From: an uncultured Lentimicrobium sp.
Lineage (GTDB): Bacteria; Bacteroidota; Bacteroidia; Bacteroidales; Lentimicrobiaceae
Direction of reading: 5' to 3'
Assembly: GCA_964547915.1 (NCBI GenBank)
Contig: CAZJPP010000014.1
Coordinates: 1,426-65,425 of the forward strand
DNA: 64,000 bases
Shown: in pieces, positions 20,545-31,100 of the stretch
Layout of the letters: each line of letters starts with the position of its first letter
Numbering within the stretch: position 1 is the stretch's first letter
Position numbers and translations under genes: made by a program
Notes under the pieces: model-generated
The model's input: the letters and a program-made list of their open reading frames with translations, nothing else
Databases searched by the model: none
Told to the model about the DNA's origin: nothing

Positions 20545-23500
20545 ATGGGTAATTTTTTACGAAACCGCAACCGGTCCGTAGTATCATTACGGATTGTATT
20601 ATCATTTGTAGCAATACTAATTTCATCGGTAATCGTTGCACAAGAATTCCGTTATCAGGAAAGCTGGGGCCCACAGGGTCTCACCAAAGTCAGAGAGTCA
20701 AATGATGGGCTTTCACTAAATTTTTCTCTTCAGAATTTCAGTATGGAGGATGTTGATATCAACGGTGTCCGTATGAAAAACATTCTTTTTTCTGAATCAC
20801 TGCTTCCGGGTGAAGAAGGATACCCCGACCTTCCATCAATGGCTAGGTACATTGCAATTCCCCAGGGTTCAGTTCCGATTGTTGAAGTAACTGATATCAG
20901 GGTAGAAAAAATCTCTAATGTCCTTATAGCACCCGCTCCAAGGATTCCTCTTGACACTGAAACAGGTCCGCTTCGTTATTCAAAAAATGAATCAGCTTAT
21001 TCCAGAAATGCAGTTTATCCTTCTCAAATAGTCACATTGGGTGATTTTTCCCAGATCAGAGGAGTTGATGTTTGCATGCTGAGCATAAATCCTTATCAAT
21101 ATAATCCTGTTACTAAAGAACTTGTAGTCGTTAGAGATATTAAGTTCAGCGTAAAATTTGAAGGCGGTTCAAAACAGTTTGGTGATAATAAATACAGAAA
21201 TCCTTACTGGGATCAAATATTGGAAGATGTTATCTACAACTACACCTCACTGCCAAAAGTTGATTATAATAACAGATATCACGACAGGGATTTATTAACC
21301 GGTTATGAGTATCTGATAGTTGTTCCCAACGATCCTATATTCAGCCAGTATGCTGACTCAATAAAGAAATTCCGCAATGAACAGGGTATTTACACAGGGA
21401 TTGTAAAACTCTCTGATATCGGCACCAGTGTCAATGCAGCCACGCTTAGAACATACTTTTCCACAGCCTATAACACATGGGATATACCACCAGTTGCCGT
21501 TCTGCTTCTGGGCGACTACGGATCAAACAATGCCAATACAATAACATCTCCTATATACGACAACTATTGTGTGTCGGACAACATTCTTTCTGACATAAAC
21601 AATGATGACATGCCTGAGATCATTTTTGCAAGAATGACAGCGCAAAATGAGCAGCATTTAAAGACTATGACAGAAAAGTTTATGAACTACGAGCGCAAGC
21701 CGCCTGTGAATCCCGACTTTTATTCAAAACCGATTACAGCGTTGGGATGGCAGACAGAAAGATGGTTTCAGCTATGCTCGGAAGTTGTTGGAGGATTCTG
21801 GAGAAGTTCACTTGGTAAAACACCGGTGAGAATCAATGAGGTTTACAGCGGTTCCCCTGGTTCTGTATGGTCTACTGCAACAAATACGAATACGGTAGTG
21901 GGAGTTTTCGGACCTAATGGAATGGGTTATATTCCACAAACCCCTGCCTTAATGAATGGTTGGACCGGAGGCAATGCCACTCAGATCAATAATGCAATGA
22001 ACGCCGGATCATTCATGTTAATGCACCGCGACCACGGAATGGAAACCGGTTGGGGTGAACCATACTATACTAATTCGAATATCAGTGGTCTAACCAACAC
22101 TGACCTCACATGGGTGTTATCCATCAATTGCCTGACAGGTAAATACAACTGGAATCAAGAATGCTTTACTGAGAAATTTCACCGTTACACTTATAATGGA
22201 AATCCTGCCGGTGCTCTTGGTTTAACAGCTGCATCCGAAACATCATATTCCTTTGTGAATGACGTATTTGTATGGGGTATGATGGATAATATGTGGCCGG
22301 AATTTATGACCTATGGTTCGCAGGTTGAAGAAAGAGGTATTCTCCCTTCATTCGGACAAGCAGCAGGTAAATTCTTCCTGAAGCAGTCAAACTGGCCTTA
22401 TAATGTCAGCAATAAGCAGGTTACCTATAATCTGTTCCATCATCATGGTGATGCATTTGTAAGAATCTGTACAGAAGTTCCCGACACAATTATTGCAGCA
22501 CACGATAATGAAATATACGAAAGTGCTACCGGCATGTCGGTTACTACCGCACTCAATTCAACAATCTGTATTTCATCAGACGGAGTTATTCTTGGTACTG
22601 CTATATCGACTGAATCAGAAACTGTAGAACTTCAGTTTGATCCTCAACCAGTGGGTACGATACTTAAATTGACTATCACCCGCCAAAACAGCAACCGATA
22701 TGAAGCCTATATCACTGTGGTTGCAGATGTAACTGCTGCTAATGCAGGTGAAGATGCTATTTCATGCGATAATAATGTAGTGCCATTGATCGGATTAGCT
22801 ACAAATTACGAATCTGTGGAATGGCAGACTTCGGGTACCGGTACTTTTGATGATCCTACCATTTTAAATACACTCTATACACCTGGTGCTGAAGATGTTG
22901 CTGCAGGAATGGTTACTTTATCATTAACTGCTTTCAATCCTGCATTGGGAGATTCAACCGACTATGTGCAGATTACATTCCTGCCTGAACCTCAGATTAC
23001 TGCCATAAATGGTCAGGTTTGTGCAGGCGATACATACACAACCGAAACACTGGCCGAAGATTATACATATCTGTCATGGTCAACCAATGGCACAGGAACA
23101 TTTGAGAATTCAAGTGTTCAGGAAGCAATCTATACACCGGGGCCTGAGGATATTGAGGCCGGACAGGCAGTACTTGTACTAACAATTGGTAATGGAGTTT
23201 GCGAGGATAAATCAGCTGATATTACACTGCAAATCAATCCACTTCCCGTTGTCAGCATCAACGGGCCTGCCGAACTTTGTCAGTTCGACCAAACGGCTTC
23301 CTACTCAGCATCGGGCAACGAAAACACATATGTATGGATTGCTGACGGAGGTACAATTACTTCAGGTGAAACTGAAGCAGAAGTTTGGGTAAACTGGACT
23401 ATTGCAGATACAGTTTCTATTAGCTTATCAGAAACCAATCAATTTGGATGTGTTGCCAATTCTTCAATGGAAGTTGTTGTTAAAGCATCACCTGAGCCTG

Positions 23501-24243
23501 TAATCACCGGAGGTGACATTGCCTGTGCCAATTCAGCAGAAAATATTTATACTGCTCAGATTACTGAAGGAAACACTTACACATGGAATGTTACAGGAGG
23601 TTCAATAGTGAGTGGTGAGAATACACAGGAAATTACTGTTCAGTGGAATGAAAACGGAACCGGAGTTGTAGCAATTACCGAGGTAAATGCAGAGAATATG
23701 TGCTCAAACGAAGTTTCACACGAAGTGGCCATACAATCTCCGATAATTAACCTGGTGTCAGATACTACAATTTGTATTAATCATAATATTAATATTGGAG
23801 TAGAACCAGGATATGCTTCTTACAACTGGTCATCAGGGGAAACAGAACCACAGATTGCTGTTAGTGGTGAAGCCATTGGAGCAGGTAACTCAATGAATTA
23901 TGAGTTAACAGTAACTGATACCGAAGGATGTGCAACCACAGCCGGTATACTTGTTATTGTTGAAGCCTGTACTTCTATTCCCGAAGGCCTCTCAGAAAGT
24001 GTTGTGATTTATCCAAATCCAAATGCCGGTGAATTCAACATTGCATTTAAAGAAGCTCTGAAAGGCAATGCTACCATTAAAATCTATCATGCCACGGGAG
24101 CCGAAATATACAGGAGCGTAATTTCCGTTCAATCAAACGAACAAACAGAAACCTTTAGTTTAGGGAAGCTTCAGGCAGGCATCTACTACATAAGTATCGA
24201 GACGCAAAATGGCCACATAACGCAAAAGTTAATGATTAAATAA
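20545..24243 (+). CDS. C25 (gingipain-family) cysteine peptidase with long Ig/PKD-like stalk and T9SS CTD
   Basis: Propeptide (GYPDLP, NPYQYNPVTKEL); LLLGD, IFARMT; catalytic His (HRDHG, 22033) and Cys (SINCLTG, 22129); HHHGDAF in place of GDP; CTD IYPNPN...GIYYISI...KLMIK. Confidence 0.92.
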   Translation: MGNFLRNRNRSVVSLRIVLSFVAILISSVIVAQEFRYQESWGPQGLTKVRESNDGLSLNFSLQNFSMEDVDINGVRMKNILFSESLLPGEEGYPDLPSMARYIAIPQGSVPIVEVTDIRVEKISNVLIAPAPRIPLDTETGPLRYSKNESAYSRNAVYPSQIVTLGDFSQIRGVDVCMLSINPYQYNPVTKELVVVRDIKFSVKFEGGSKQFGDNKYRNPYWDQILEDVIYNYTSLPKVDYNNRYHDRDLLTGYEYLIVVPNDPIFSQYADSIKKFRNEQGIYTGIVKLSDIGTSVNAATLRTYFSTAYNTWDIPPVAVLLLGDYGSNNANTITSPIYDNYCVSDNILSDINNDDMPEIIFARMTAQNEQHLKTMTEKFMNYERKPPVNPDFYSKPITALGWQTERWFQLCSEVVGGFWRSSLGKTPVRINEVYSGSPGSVWSTATNTNTVVGVFGPNGMGYIPQTPALMNGWTGGNATQINNAMNAGSFMLMHRDHGMETGWGEPYYTNSNISGLTNTDLTWVLSINCLTGKYNWNQECFTEKFHRYTYNGNPAGALGLTAASETSYSFVNDVFVWGMMDNMWPEFMTYGSQVEERGILPSFGQAAGKFFLKQSNWPYNVSNKQVTYNLFHHHGDAFVRICTEVPDTIIAAHDNEIYESATGMSVTTALNSTICISSDGVILGTAISTESETVELQFDPQPVGTILKLTITRQNSNRYEAYITVVADVTAANAGEDAISCDNNVVPLIGLATNYESVEWQTSGTGTFDDPTILNTLYTPGAEDVAAGMVTLSLTAFNPALGDSTDYVQITFLPEPQITAINGQVCAGDTYTTETLAEDYTYLSWSTNGTGTFENSSVQEAIYTPGPEDIEAGQAVLVLTIGNGVCEDKSADITLQINPLPVVSINGPAELCQFDQTASYSASGNENTYVWIADGGTITSGETEAEVWVNWTIADTVSISLSETNQFGCVANSSMEVVVKASPEPVITGGDIACANSAENIYTAQITEGNTYTWNVTGGSIVSGENTQEITVQWNENGTGVVAITEVNAENMCSNEVSHEVAIQSPIINLVSDTTICINHNINIGVEPGYASYNWSSGETEPQIAVSGEAIGAGNSMNYELTVTDTEGCATTAGILVIVEACTSIPEGLSESVVIYPNPNAGEFNIAFKEALKGNATIKIYHATGAEIYRSVISVQSNEQTETFSLGKLQAGIYYISIETQNGHITQKLMIK

Positions 24244-24247
24244 AAGA

Positions 24248-24280
24248 AAAGGATGGCCTGAGGCCATCCTTTCTTCTTTA
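24248..24280 (+). terminator. Intrinsic terminator after the second C25 gene
   Basis: AAAGGATGGCC-tga-GGCCATCCTTT followed by CTTCTTT. Confidence 0.8.
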
Positions 24281-24403
24281 TTCCTGTTTATAGAGTGACT
24301 TTTGGTCTTTATAGGTATTAATTAACAAAGATTAAACTTGTCAATAAAAAACTAGCTTATTGACGAGATTATTATTATTTTTAGTTCGGGAAACTAATAC
24401 ACA

Positions 24404-26548
24404 ATGACAATCAACTTACCTAAGGTTCTGCTTGTAGATGATATAGAAGTTAACCTGATTCTGCTTGAAACCGCACTGAGAAAAGAGCAGGCACAGATGT
24501 ATAAGGCTACCAGTGGTGCAGAAGCTCTGAAAATAACAGAGACCACTGAATTTGCGCTAATTATCCTCGATGTTTCTATGCCGGGAATGAATGGCTTCGA
24601 ACTTGCAGAACGAATAAGAAAACAGGAATTAAATACAGTTACCCCCATAATCTTCATTTCAGCAATTCACTTTGATGAATTCAGCGTATCGCAGGGCTAT
24701 AGGTCGGGTGCTGTTGATTATATTTCAAAACCATATCACCATGAGATACTTCTTAGTAAAGTAAGAGTATTTCTGCAGTTATATAATCAAAAACAGGAGC
24801 TGTTTGAGCAGAGCAAGTTCCTCCAGGAAAGCAACAACAGGTATAAAGCTATCCAGGAAACTCTTAAACTCCGTCTCGAACATCAGAAAGCAGTCTCTCT
24901 CGCTTCAGCAAGATTCTCAGGTAATTTCGACCTGATCAATTCTATCCATTTTATGCTGAGAGATATAGCTAATGCTTGTGGTGCGACCTCAGGGCTGTTT
25001 ATATCTTCGGGGAATATTCAGCCTATAATCTATGATGAAAATCAGCTCAATAAGCCACATTTAGAAGAACAGATCTACTTTAAACCCAATATTTCAAAGA
25101 AAGAGCTCACAACACTGAAGCTTATTCTGAAAAACGAGTTTGAACGACATAACGAATCGGTTGTCAAGCTCGAAAAGGAAAGACTATCTGACAAATTGAA
25201 GATGCCATTCCTGCATGACCAGACTACCATTCAACAGAATGAAGCTAATCCCTCTGTTTCAATCAATGTTACATCCGGTGAAAAGCACTACGGCTACATT
25301 GTCATTCTTAACTGCGCCGGTATTATTGGTTGGGAAGCATTTGAACTTAAAGCACTTTCTGTCTTTGGAACAATCACCGGTAATGCACTGGAGAGAGAGG
25401 ACACAAGACAAAACCTGGTAGATAGCGAATTACGTTACCGCAGTTATATTGAAAATGCACCTGAAGGTATCGTCGTTACAACCTCAAAAGGTGCAATTCT
25501 GGAATACAATAAAGCTTTCACCAGAATGTTTCCTGAATTTGTAGTAAAAAAAGGCACTTTAAACATTAATAACCTTCTTAACAAGCAAGATTTATCCGGG
25601 CATAACCCTGTTAATCATACTCTATTGAATGGCAGGATAACCAGGGCAGAATTCTCCATAAAGATTGGCCATAAAGATATGCTGGTTAAAGCCGAAAGTG
25701 TAAGGCTGTCGGCCCAAAAGTATTTAATACTCTGTACTGATATCACCAAGGAAAGAGAGCTTGAAAAACATCTTATACAGACTGAGAGGATGGTTGCAAT
25801 CGGGGAAATGGCAACAGGCATTGCTCACGAAATTAATCAGCCCTTAAATACAATTTCTTTTGGTATTGATAACTTATTCCAGGCATTGAATGCCGGAAAA
25901 GCAGATTCAGCGTATATCAAAGAAAAATCAAGAAAGATATTCGAAGGTATTCACAGAATGCGAAACATTATTGACCATGTAAGGAATTTTGCCCGTGGAA
26001 ACGATGATGTGCTTTTAGCATCTTTCAGTGTGACAGAACCTGTCGAAAACGCTCTGTCTTTCTATACTGAGCAATTTAAGAACCATGGAATAAATGTTGT
26101 AAAAAATATTGAAAGTGCTGCAGGTGCTGTAATCCATGGCAATACTTTCAAGATGGAACAGGTTATATTAAACCTTCTGTCAAACTCACGCGATTCACTA
26201 CTCGATAAGATAAATTCATCAGGCCACGATTATCAGCCTGAAGTCAGGATTGGAATTACCCTGAAGGATTCAACAGCCAGGATAGACGTTACAGATAACG
26301 GGCTAGGCATTGACCGCGAACAACTTAAGGATGTCATTAAGCCATTTGTTACAGGCAAAGCGCCGGGCAAGGGTACGGGCCTCGGACTAGCTATTTCGCA
26401 AAAAATAGTTAACGAACATAACGGCACACTATCTATTGACAGTGTAAAAGGTGAGGGCACCACGGTATCAATCCATTTGCCCGTTAACCTCAAACAGAAT
26501 CCACCTTCAAATTTACCTCTATCGAATCAAACATCTTCAAATGAATAA
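24404..26548 (+). CDS. Cytoplasmic hybrid sensor kinase (receiver, GAF-like, PAS, HisKA, HATPase)
   Basis: N-terminal receiver (LLVDD, ILDVSMPGMNGF, DYISKP); PAS (IENAPEGI); H-box AHEINQPL; N-box QVILNLLSNSRD; G boxes DNGLGI and GTGLGL; no TM helix seen. Confidence 0.93.
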   Translation: MTINLPKVLLVDDIEVNLILLETALRKEQAQMYKATSGAEALKITETTEFALIILDVSMPGMNGFELAERIRKQELNTVTPIIFISAIHFDEFSVSQGYRSGAVDYISKPYHHEILLSKVRVFLQLYNQKQELFEQSKFLQESNNRYKAIQETLKLRLEHQKAVSLASARFSGNFDLINSIHFMLRDIANACGATSGLFISSGNIQPIIYDENQLNKPHLEEQIYFKPNISKKELTTLKLILKNEFERHNESVVKLEKERLSDKLKMPFLHDQTTIQQNEANPSVSINVTSGEKHYGYIVILNCAGIIGWEAFELKALSVFGTITGNALEREDTRQNLVDSELRYRSYIENAPEGIVVTTSKGAILEYNKAFTRMFPEFVVKKGTLNINNLLNKQDLSGHNPVNHTLLNGRITRAEFSIKIGHKDMLVKAESVRLSAQKYLILCTDITKERELEKHLIQTERMVAIGEMATGIAHEINQPLNTISFGIDNLFQALNAGKADSAYIKEKSRKIFEGIHRMRNIIDHVRNFARGNDDVLLASFSVTEPVENALSFYTEQFKNHGINVVKNIESAAGAVIHGNTFKMEQVILNLLSNSRDSLLDKINSSGHDYQPEVRIGITLKDSTARIDVTDNGLGIDREQLKDVIKPFVTGKAPGKGTGLGLAISQKIVNEHNGTLSIDSVKGEGTTVSIHLPVNLKQNPPSNLPLSNQTSSNE

Positions 26549-27923
26549 AAAGCTAACAGTTCTTATTCTGGACGATGAGACCGATTTTGCACTTGAATTA
26601 CAGGAATATCTGCAATTAAGAAATTTCGATGTTTATACGGCTGCGACTCCGGGAGACGGATTTGCCAGTATGCGCAGACGCCCTTATGATTTGCTTATAC
26701 TCGATGTGAGACTTACCGGTATGAGCGGAATTGACATTTTAAAGCAGGTTAGAAAGCTTTACCCTTCAATGGAGGTCATAATTATTTCCGGTCACGGTGA
26801 TATTGACACTGTTATTGAGGCCCTGAGAGAAGGAGCAATAGACTACCTCAGAAAACCATTCAGGCATATTGATATACAGCTGGCAATTGAAAGAACGGAA
26901 AAATTCCTCCACATGTATCGGCAGTTTAAGGAAATGGAGAACCGCAATTCTCTTATATCCTCAGAACTGGAGCGACTTATTGACCGCACTTTTATTGGCG
27001 AAAGTCATGCTATCAAACAGGTACTCGATCTCGCAAATACAGCATCACGATACAACAATACCAACGTTTTAATCACCGGCGAAAGCGGTACCGGCAAAGA
27101 AATAATTGCCCGTATAATTCATTACGCCAGCGATCAGAAGTACAATCCTTTTATTCCGGTCAACAGTAGTGCAGTCACCGATTCACTTCTCGAAAGTGAA
27201 TTCTTCGGGCATGTAAAGGGCAGCTTCACAGGTGCTGTAGCTGATAAAAAGGGGTATTTTGAGATGGCAAACAGTGGCACCCTTTTCCTCGATGAAATAG
27301 CCGATATGCCATTTGCCCTGCAAGCCAAACTACTTAGGGCAATTGAAGAAAAAAGGATCAAAAGAGTCGGAGGCTCGGAAGAGATACAGGTTGATTTCAG
27401 AATTATCTCTGCCACTAATCATGATGTTGACAACCTGATACAAAACAAACTATTCAGGCTCGACCTATTCCACAGGCTTAATACCATCACCATTAATATT
27501 CCTCCCTTGCGGGAAAGAAAAGAGGACATAGAACCATTACTAAAGTACTATGTAGGATATTTTGCCGAAAGACTTAAAAAGCCGGTTCCCAAGATAAGTG
27601 CACAACTCGTTGAAGCACTTTGCGGATATGATTTCTCAGGCAACGTTAGAGAACTGAGAAATATGATTGAGCGTGCAATGATATTTTGCAGTACATCAAC
27701 CCTGAGTACCATCGACTTCCAGCTTTTACCAACAACCAAGAAGTCAGGGCCCACCCCTATCGCGCTAAACCTTGATGAACAGGAGCAGAATCTCATACTG
27801 CATGCTTTGAATGAGTGCAACTATAACCAGATGCTCACAGCCAAAATGCTTGGCATCTCACGCGATTCACTAATAAGGAGAATGAAAAAGTACAACATAA
27901 AGATTGTTAAAGACCAGGTATAA
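26541..27923 (+). CDS. Sigma-54-dependent response regulator (NtrC/AtoC type); start moved from 26451 to the ATG at 26541
   Basis: Receiver (ILDDE, ILDVRL); Walker A GESGTGKE; GSFTGA loop; FLDEI; RLDLFHRL; GNVRELRN; Fis-type HTH (TAKMLGISRDSLIRRMKKY); overlaps the kinase stop by 8 nt. Confidence 0.96.
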   Translation: MNKKLTVLILDDETDFALELQEYLQLRNFDVYTAATPGDGFASMRRRPYDLLILDVRLTGMSGIDILKQVRKLYPSMEVIIISGHGDIDTVIEALREGAIDYLRKPFRHIDIQLAIERTEKFLHMYRQFKEMENRNSLISSELERLIDRTFIGESHAIKQVLDLANTASRYNNTNVLITGESGTGKEIIARIIHYASDQKYNPFIPVNSSAVTDSLLESEFFGHVKGSFTGAVADKKGYFEMANSGTLFLDEIADMPFALQAKLLRAIEEKRIKRVGGSEEIQVDFRIISATNHDVDNLIQNKLFRLDLFHRLNTITINIPPLRERKEDIEPLLKYYVGYFAERLKKPVPKISAQLVEALCGYDFSGNVRELRNMIERAMIFCSTSTLSTIDFQLLPTTKKSGPTPIALNLDEQEQNLILHALNECNYNQMLTAKMLGISRDSLIRRMKKYNIKIVKDQV

Positions 27924-27949
27924 TTTTGGGTAACCTGTTAATTAAAATA

Positions 27950-27971
27950 GCGCACATTTGTGCGCTTTTTT
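27950..27971 (+). promoter_or_regulatory. Palindrome GCGCAC-ATTT-GTGCGC plus T6: terminator of the two-component operon and/or activator-binding site
   Basis: Perfect 6-bp inverted repeat followed by six T; lies about 135-150 bp upstream of the sigma-54 -24 element. Confidence 0.5.
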
Positions 27972-28096
27972 GTTGGTTTTCAAGTTCGCATTTTCCTGTC
28001 CCGAAAAAATAAGCAATTAATTTACAATGTCTTTATTACTGATTTACAGTATGTTATAACACCATTTGTTTACCACTCCATCCTATAATCTTCTAT

Positions 28097-28113
28097 AAGG
28101 CATACCACTTGCC
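28097..28113 (+). promoter_or_regulatory. Sigma-54 (-24/-12) promoter for the Rgp-like gene
   Basis: AAGGCATACCACTTGCC: GG at 28099-28100, exactly 10 nt spacer, TTGC ending at 28112; 33 nt before the ATG at 28146. Confidence 0.7.
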
Positions 28114-28145
28114 TTGGCCCGATCAGAACACAATAGATCAGGCGT

Positions 28146-31100
28146 ATGAAGAATTTATTACTTACAATCTGCGTATTATTTCAGGCTTTAATCACTATCC
28201 CCGCTTTAGCGCAGGACAGGCAGGTTTATATACTGAATAATTCAGAGGTACAGGAGCCACAGTTTGTTGTTACCGAAGTAGAGAACCAGATCCTCATCGA
28301 TCTCACATTAGGAAGCTTCACCTCCATCACAGAAGAGGGACAATCAGACTCACGCATACTGCTAACCGAAGGAATTAATGTAATTGAAAAAGGACAACCT
28401 GATATTCAACACCTCGCTGTAAGTATAGCTATCCCATCAATGGGAAAAACAAATGCTGTAATAACCTCAACCAAATATACCGACTATCAGCTGTTTTCTG
28501 TAAAAGCTTCAAAGGGTGACCCGGGAATTTACAATGATAACGATAACACACCTGCATACGACCAGTCAATCTATCAAAATAACGCCTTCTGGCCATCTCA
28601 GAATGTTGTCGCATCCGATCCTTATATCTGGGCAGGAATACGCGGACAATCATTACATTTCTACCCTGTACAATACAATCCAGTAACCAAAACTTTAAGG
28701 GTTCACCATAAAATATCAGTAAAGCTTGAGCTAACTTCCGAGAAAGGCATAAATGAATTGAGCTATGACTTCATTCCAAATAAACTACAATCGCTTGCTG
28801 AATCACATTTCAGAAACCAGGTAAACAGCTCATATTTTGCCGCTTCACAATCTGACAGATACATGGCACCTGTTGAAGCAGGCAACATGCTGGTAATTGC
28901 CCACCCCGATTTTATTAAAGAACTTCAGCCGTTCATTGAATGGAAAAATCAAAAAGGCATTCCAACTGAATTAGTCGATGTGACTACGATTACAAACGGA
29001 ACGGCCAATGATGCACAAACAATAAAGGATTTTGTAAGAGATTATTACCTGACAAATGGCCTTACTTACCTGGTACTTGCCGGTGATGCAGCGTTTGTAC
29101 CTACCTGCCATGCAGAAAAGGGAGCCAGTGATAATATGTATGGATACATTTTAGGCGATGACTCATACCCTGAAGTTTTAGTTGGAAGATTCCCCTGCTC
29201 GAATGCTTCTGAATGCAAGGTTATGGTTGAAAAGACCGTTCAATATGAGAAAAACCCTGTTGTCAGCGATGCATATTCCAGGTTCGTTGGTATTGCAAGT
29301 GGTTTAGGCCCCGGAGATGATGGTGAAATGGATTATGAGCACATCAGAAACATCACTGAAGATTTAACAAACACAGTTTATAAGTCAGTCTCTGAGCTTT
29401 ATGATGGAAACAGGGAAGGTAATGACCTTTCGGGAAATCCTACAGCCCAAATGGTATCAGGTGAATTTACAAGTGGTGCCGGAGCTATCATGTATATCGG
29501 TCATGGTTCATCAGGAAGCTGGGTTACCAGTGGATTTTCAAGTGCCGATGCAAAAAATCTTACAAACACAATTCACCCCTTCATCTGGTCTGCCGGCTGT
29601 AATAACGGCGACTTTGAATTTACCAATTGTCTGGCTGAGGCCCTTCTTAAATCAGAATCAGATGGAAAGCCGACAGGTGCAATTGCTACCTTAATGTCAT
29701 CAGCTTCACAAACATGGTATCCACCGATGGAAGCACAGGATGAAATAGCATTGGTTCTTGGAGGACAAAGAAGTCTTAATCAGGTCAACACATTTGGCGG
29801 GGTATCAATGAGTGGATGTATGCAAATGAATGATACATATGGCCTGGCCGGTGCCAGAAACACTGATATATGGGTACTGTTTGGTGATCCGTCACTTGAA
29901 CTCCGTACTGCTTTCCCCGGAACTCTGGCTCCTGTTCATTCTGAAAACACAGGCAGTGATGCAACTTCTTTCACTATTACCAATATTGTCCCGGGAACAA
30001 CCATTTGTGCTTCCTCAAAAGGGAAAATCATTGCTTCCGTTGTATCAGAAGAATCAGCAGCTACTATTGAACTATCGGGATTAGACCAGATTACCTGGTT
30101 CACCCTGACTCTTACTGCAAAAAACCGCATTCCTTATATTGCAGAGGTTAAAGTTACCGACATGCCTGCCAGAGCAATTAATCCTGTTCCGGGCAGCAAC
30201 ACTTACAAAATATCAAAGAATACCGGTTTTACCTGGAGCTTATCAGATGGATGCACTCCTCATGAATACACTTTCAGGCTTCGTCAGAAAGGAACTGAGC
30301 AGTGGCAGGATCAGTCGGTTACATCAGCCGATGAAATTGAAGCAGCCAATCTGCAGTACAACACAGCTTATGAATGGAAAGTAATCTCGAAAAACGAAAA
30401 AGGCACTGCTGAAAGTGAAGTCTTCAATTTCACAACTATTGATGCACCCGATGAAGATTTTGAACAGAATAGTTTCCCCAGGAATGCATGGGAGAATCTT
30501 AACAACTGGTATGTAGATGATTCAGAAGCTTTTGAAGGCACATATTCAATCCATTCAGGCAGCACAACCGCCAATTCAACCAGCTCTCTCATCTATTCTT
30601 GTGAAACCTTATCATGCGACTATATCTCCTTTGCATTCAAAACAAATATCCACTCAACAGGAAGTAAGCTTGAGTTTTTCATCGACGATTTTATGGTTGC
30701 CGAATGGGATTACACAAACAATTGGAACACTTTCATCTATCAGGTAGAAGCAGGGCTACATCAGCTTGAATGGAGATTCACTTCCACAGATACCACTGAC
30801 AGTGAGTCTGCTGCATGGCTCGATAACATTTATCTTCCTGTAAATACACCGCTTGAGATATCATCACTCGAACAATCTGTTTGTCCAACAAACTTTGTTA
30901 TGGTTGATACCGAGATCACAAACTACTCATCAATACGTTGGGAAACAACCGGCACCGGTAGCTTTGACGACATGACCCGGTCGAATCCGGTCTATTTCCC
31001 TTCAACCGAAGACCTGCAGAATGAAACCATTATTCTCAGGGCTAACATCATTGCTAATGAAACCTGTGGCATTGAAGTTTACGACTATGTAATCAACGTT

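Noticed and set aside
26451-26540. 30-aa N-terminal extension of the sigma-54 activator in the track
   Set aside because: It overlaps the kinase C-terminus; the ATG at 26541 gives a normal receiver start with an 8-nt coupling overlap. Similar over-extended starts were trimmed for thiL, the second C25, the TonB receptor and porZ.
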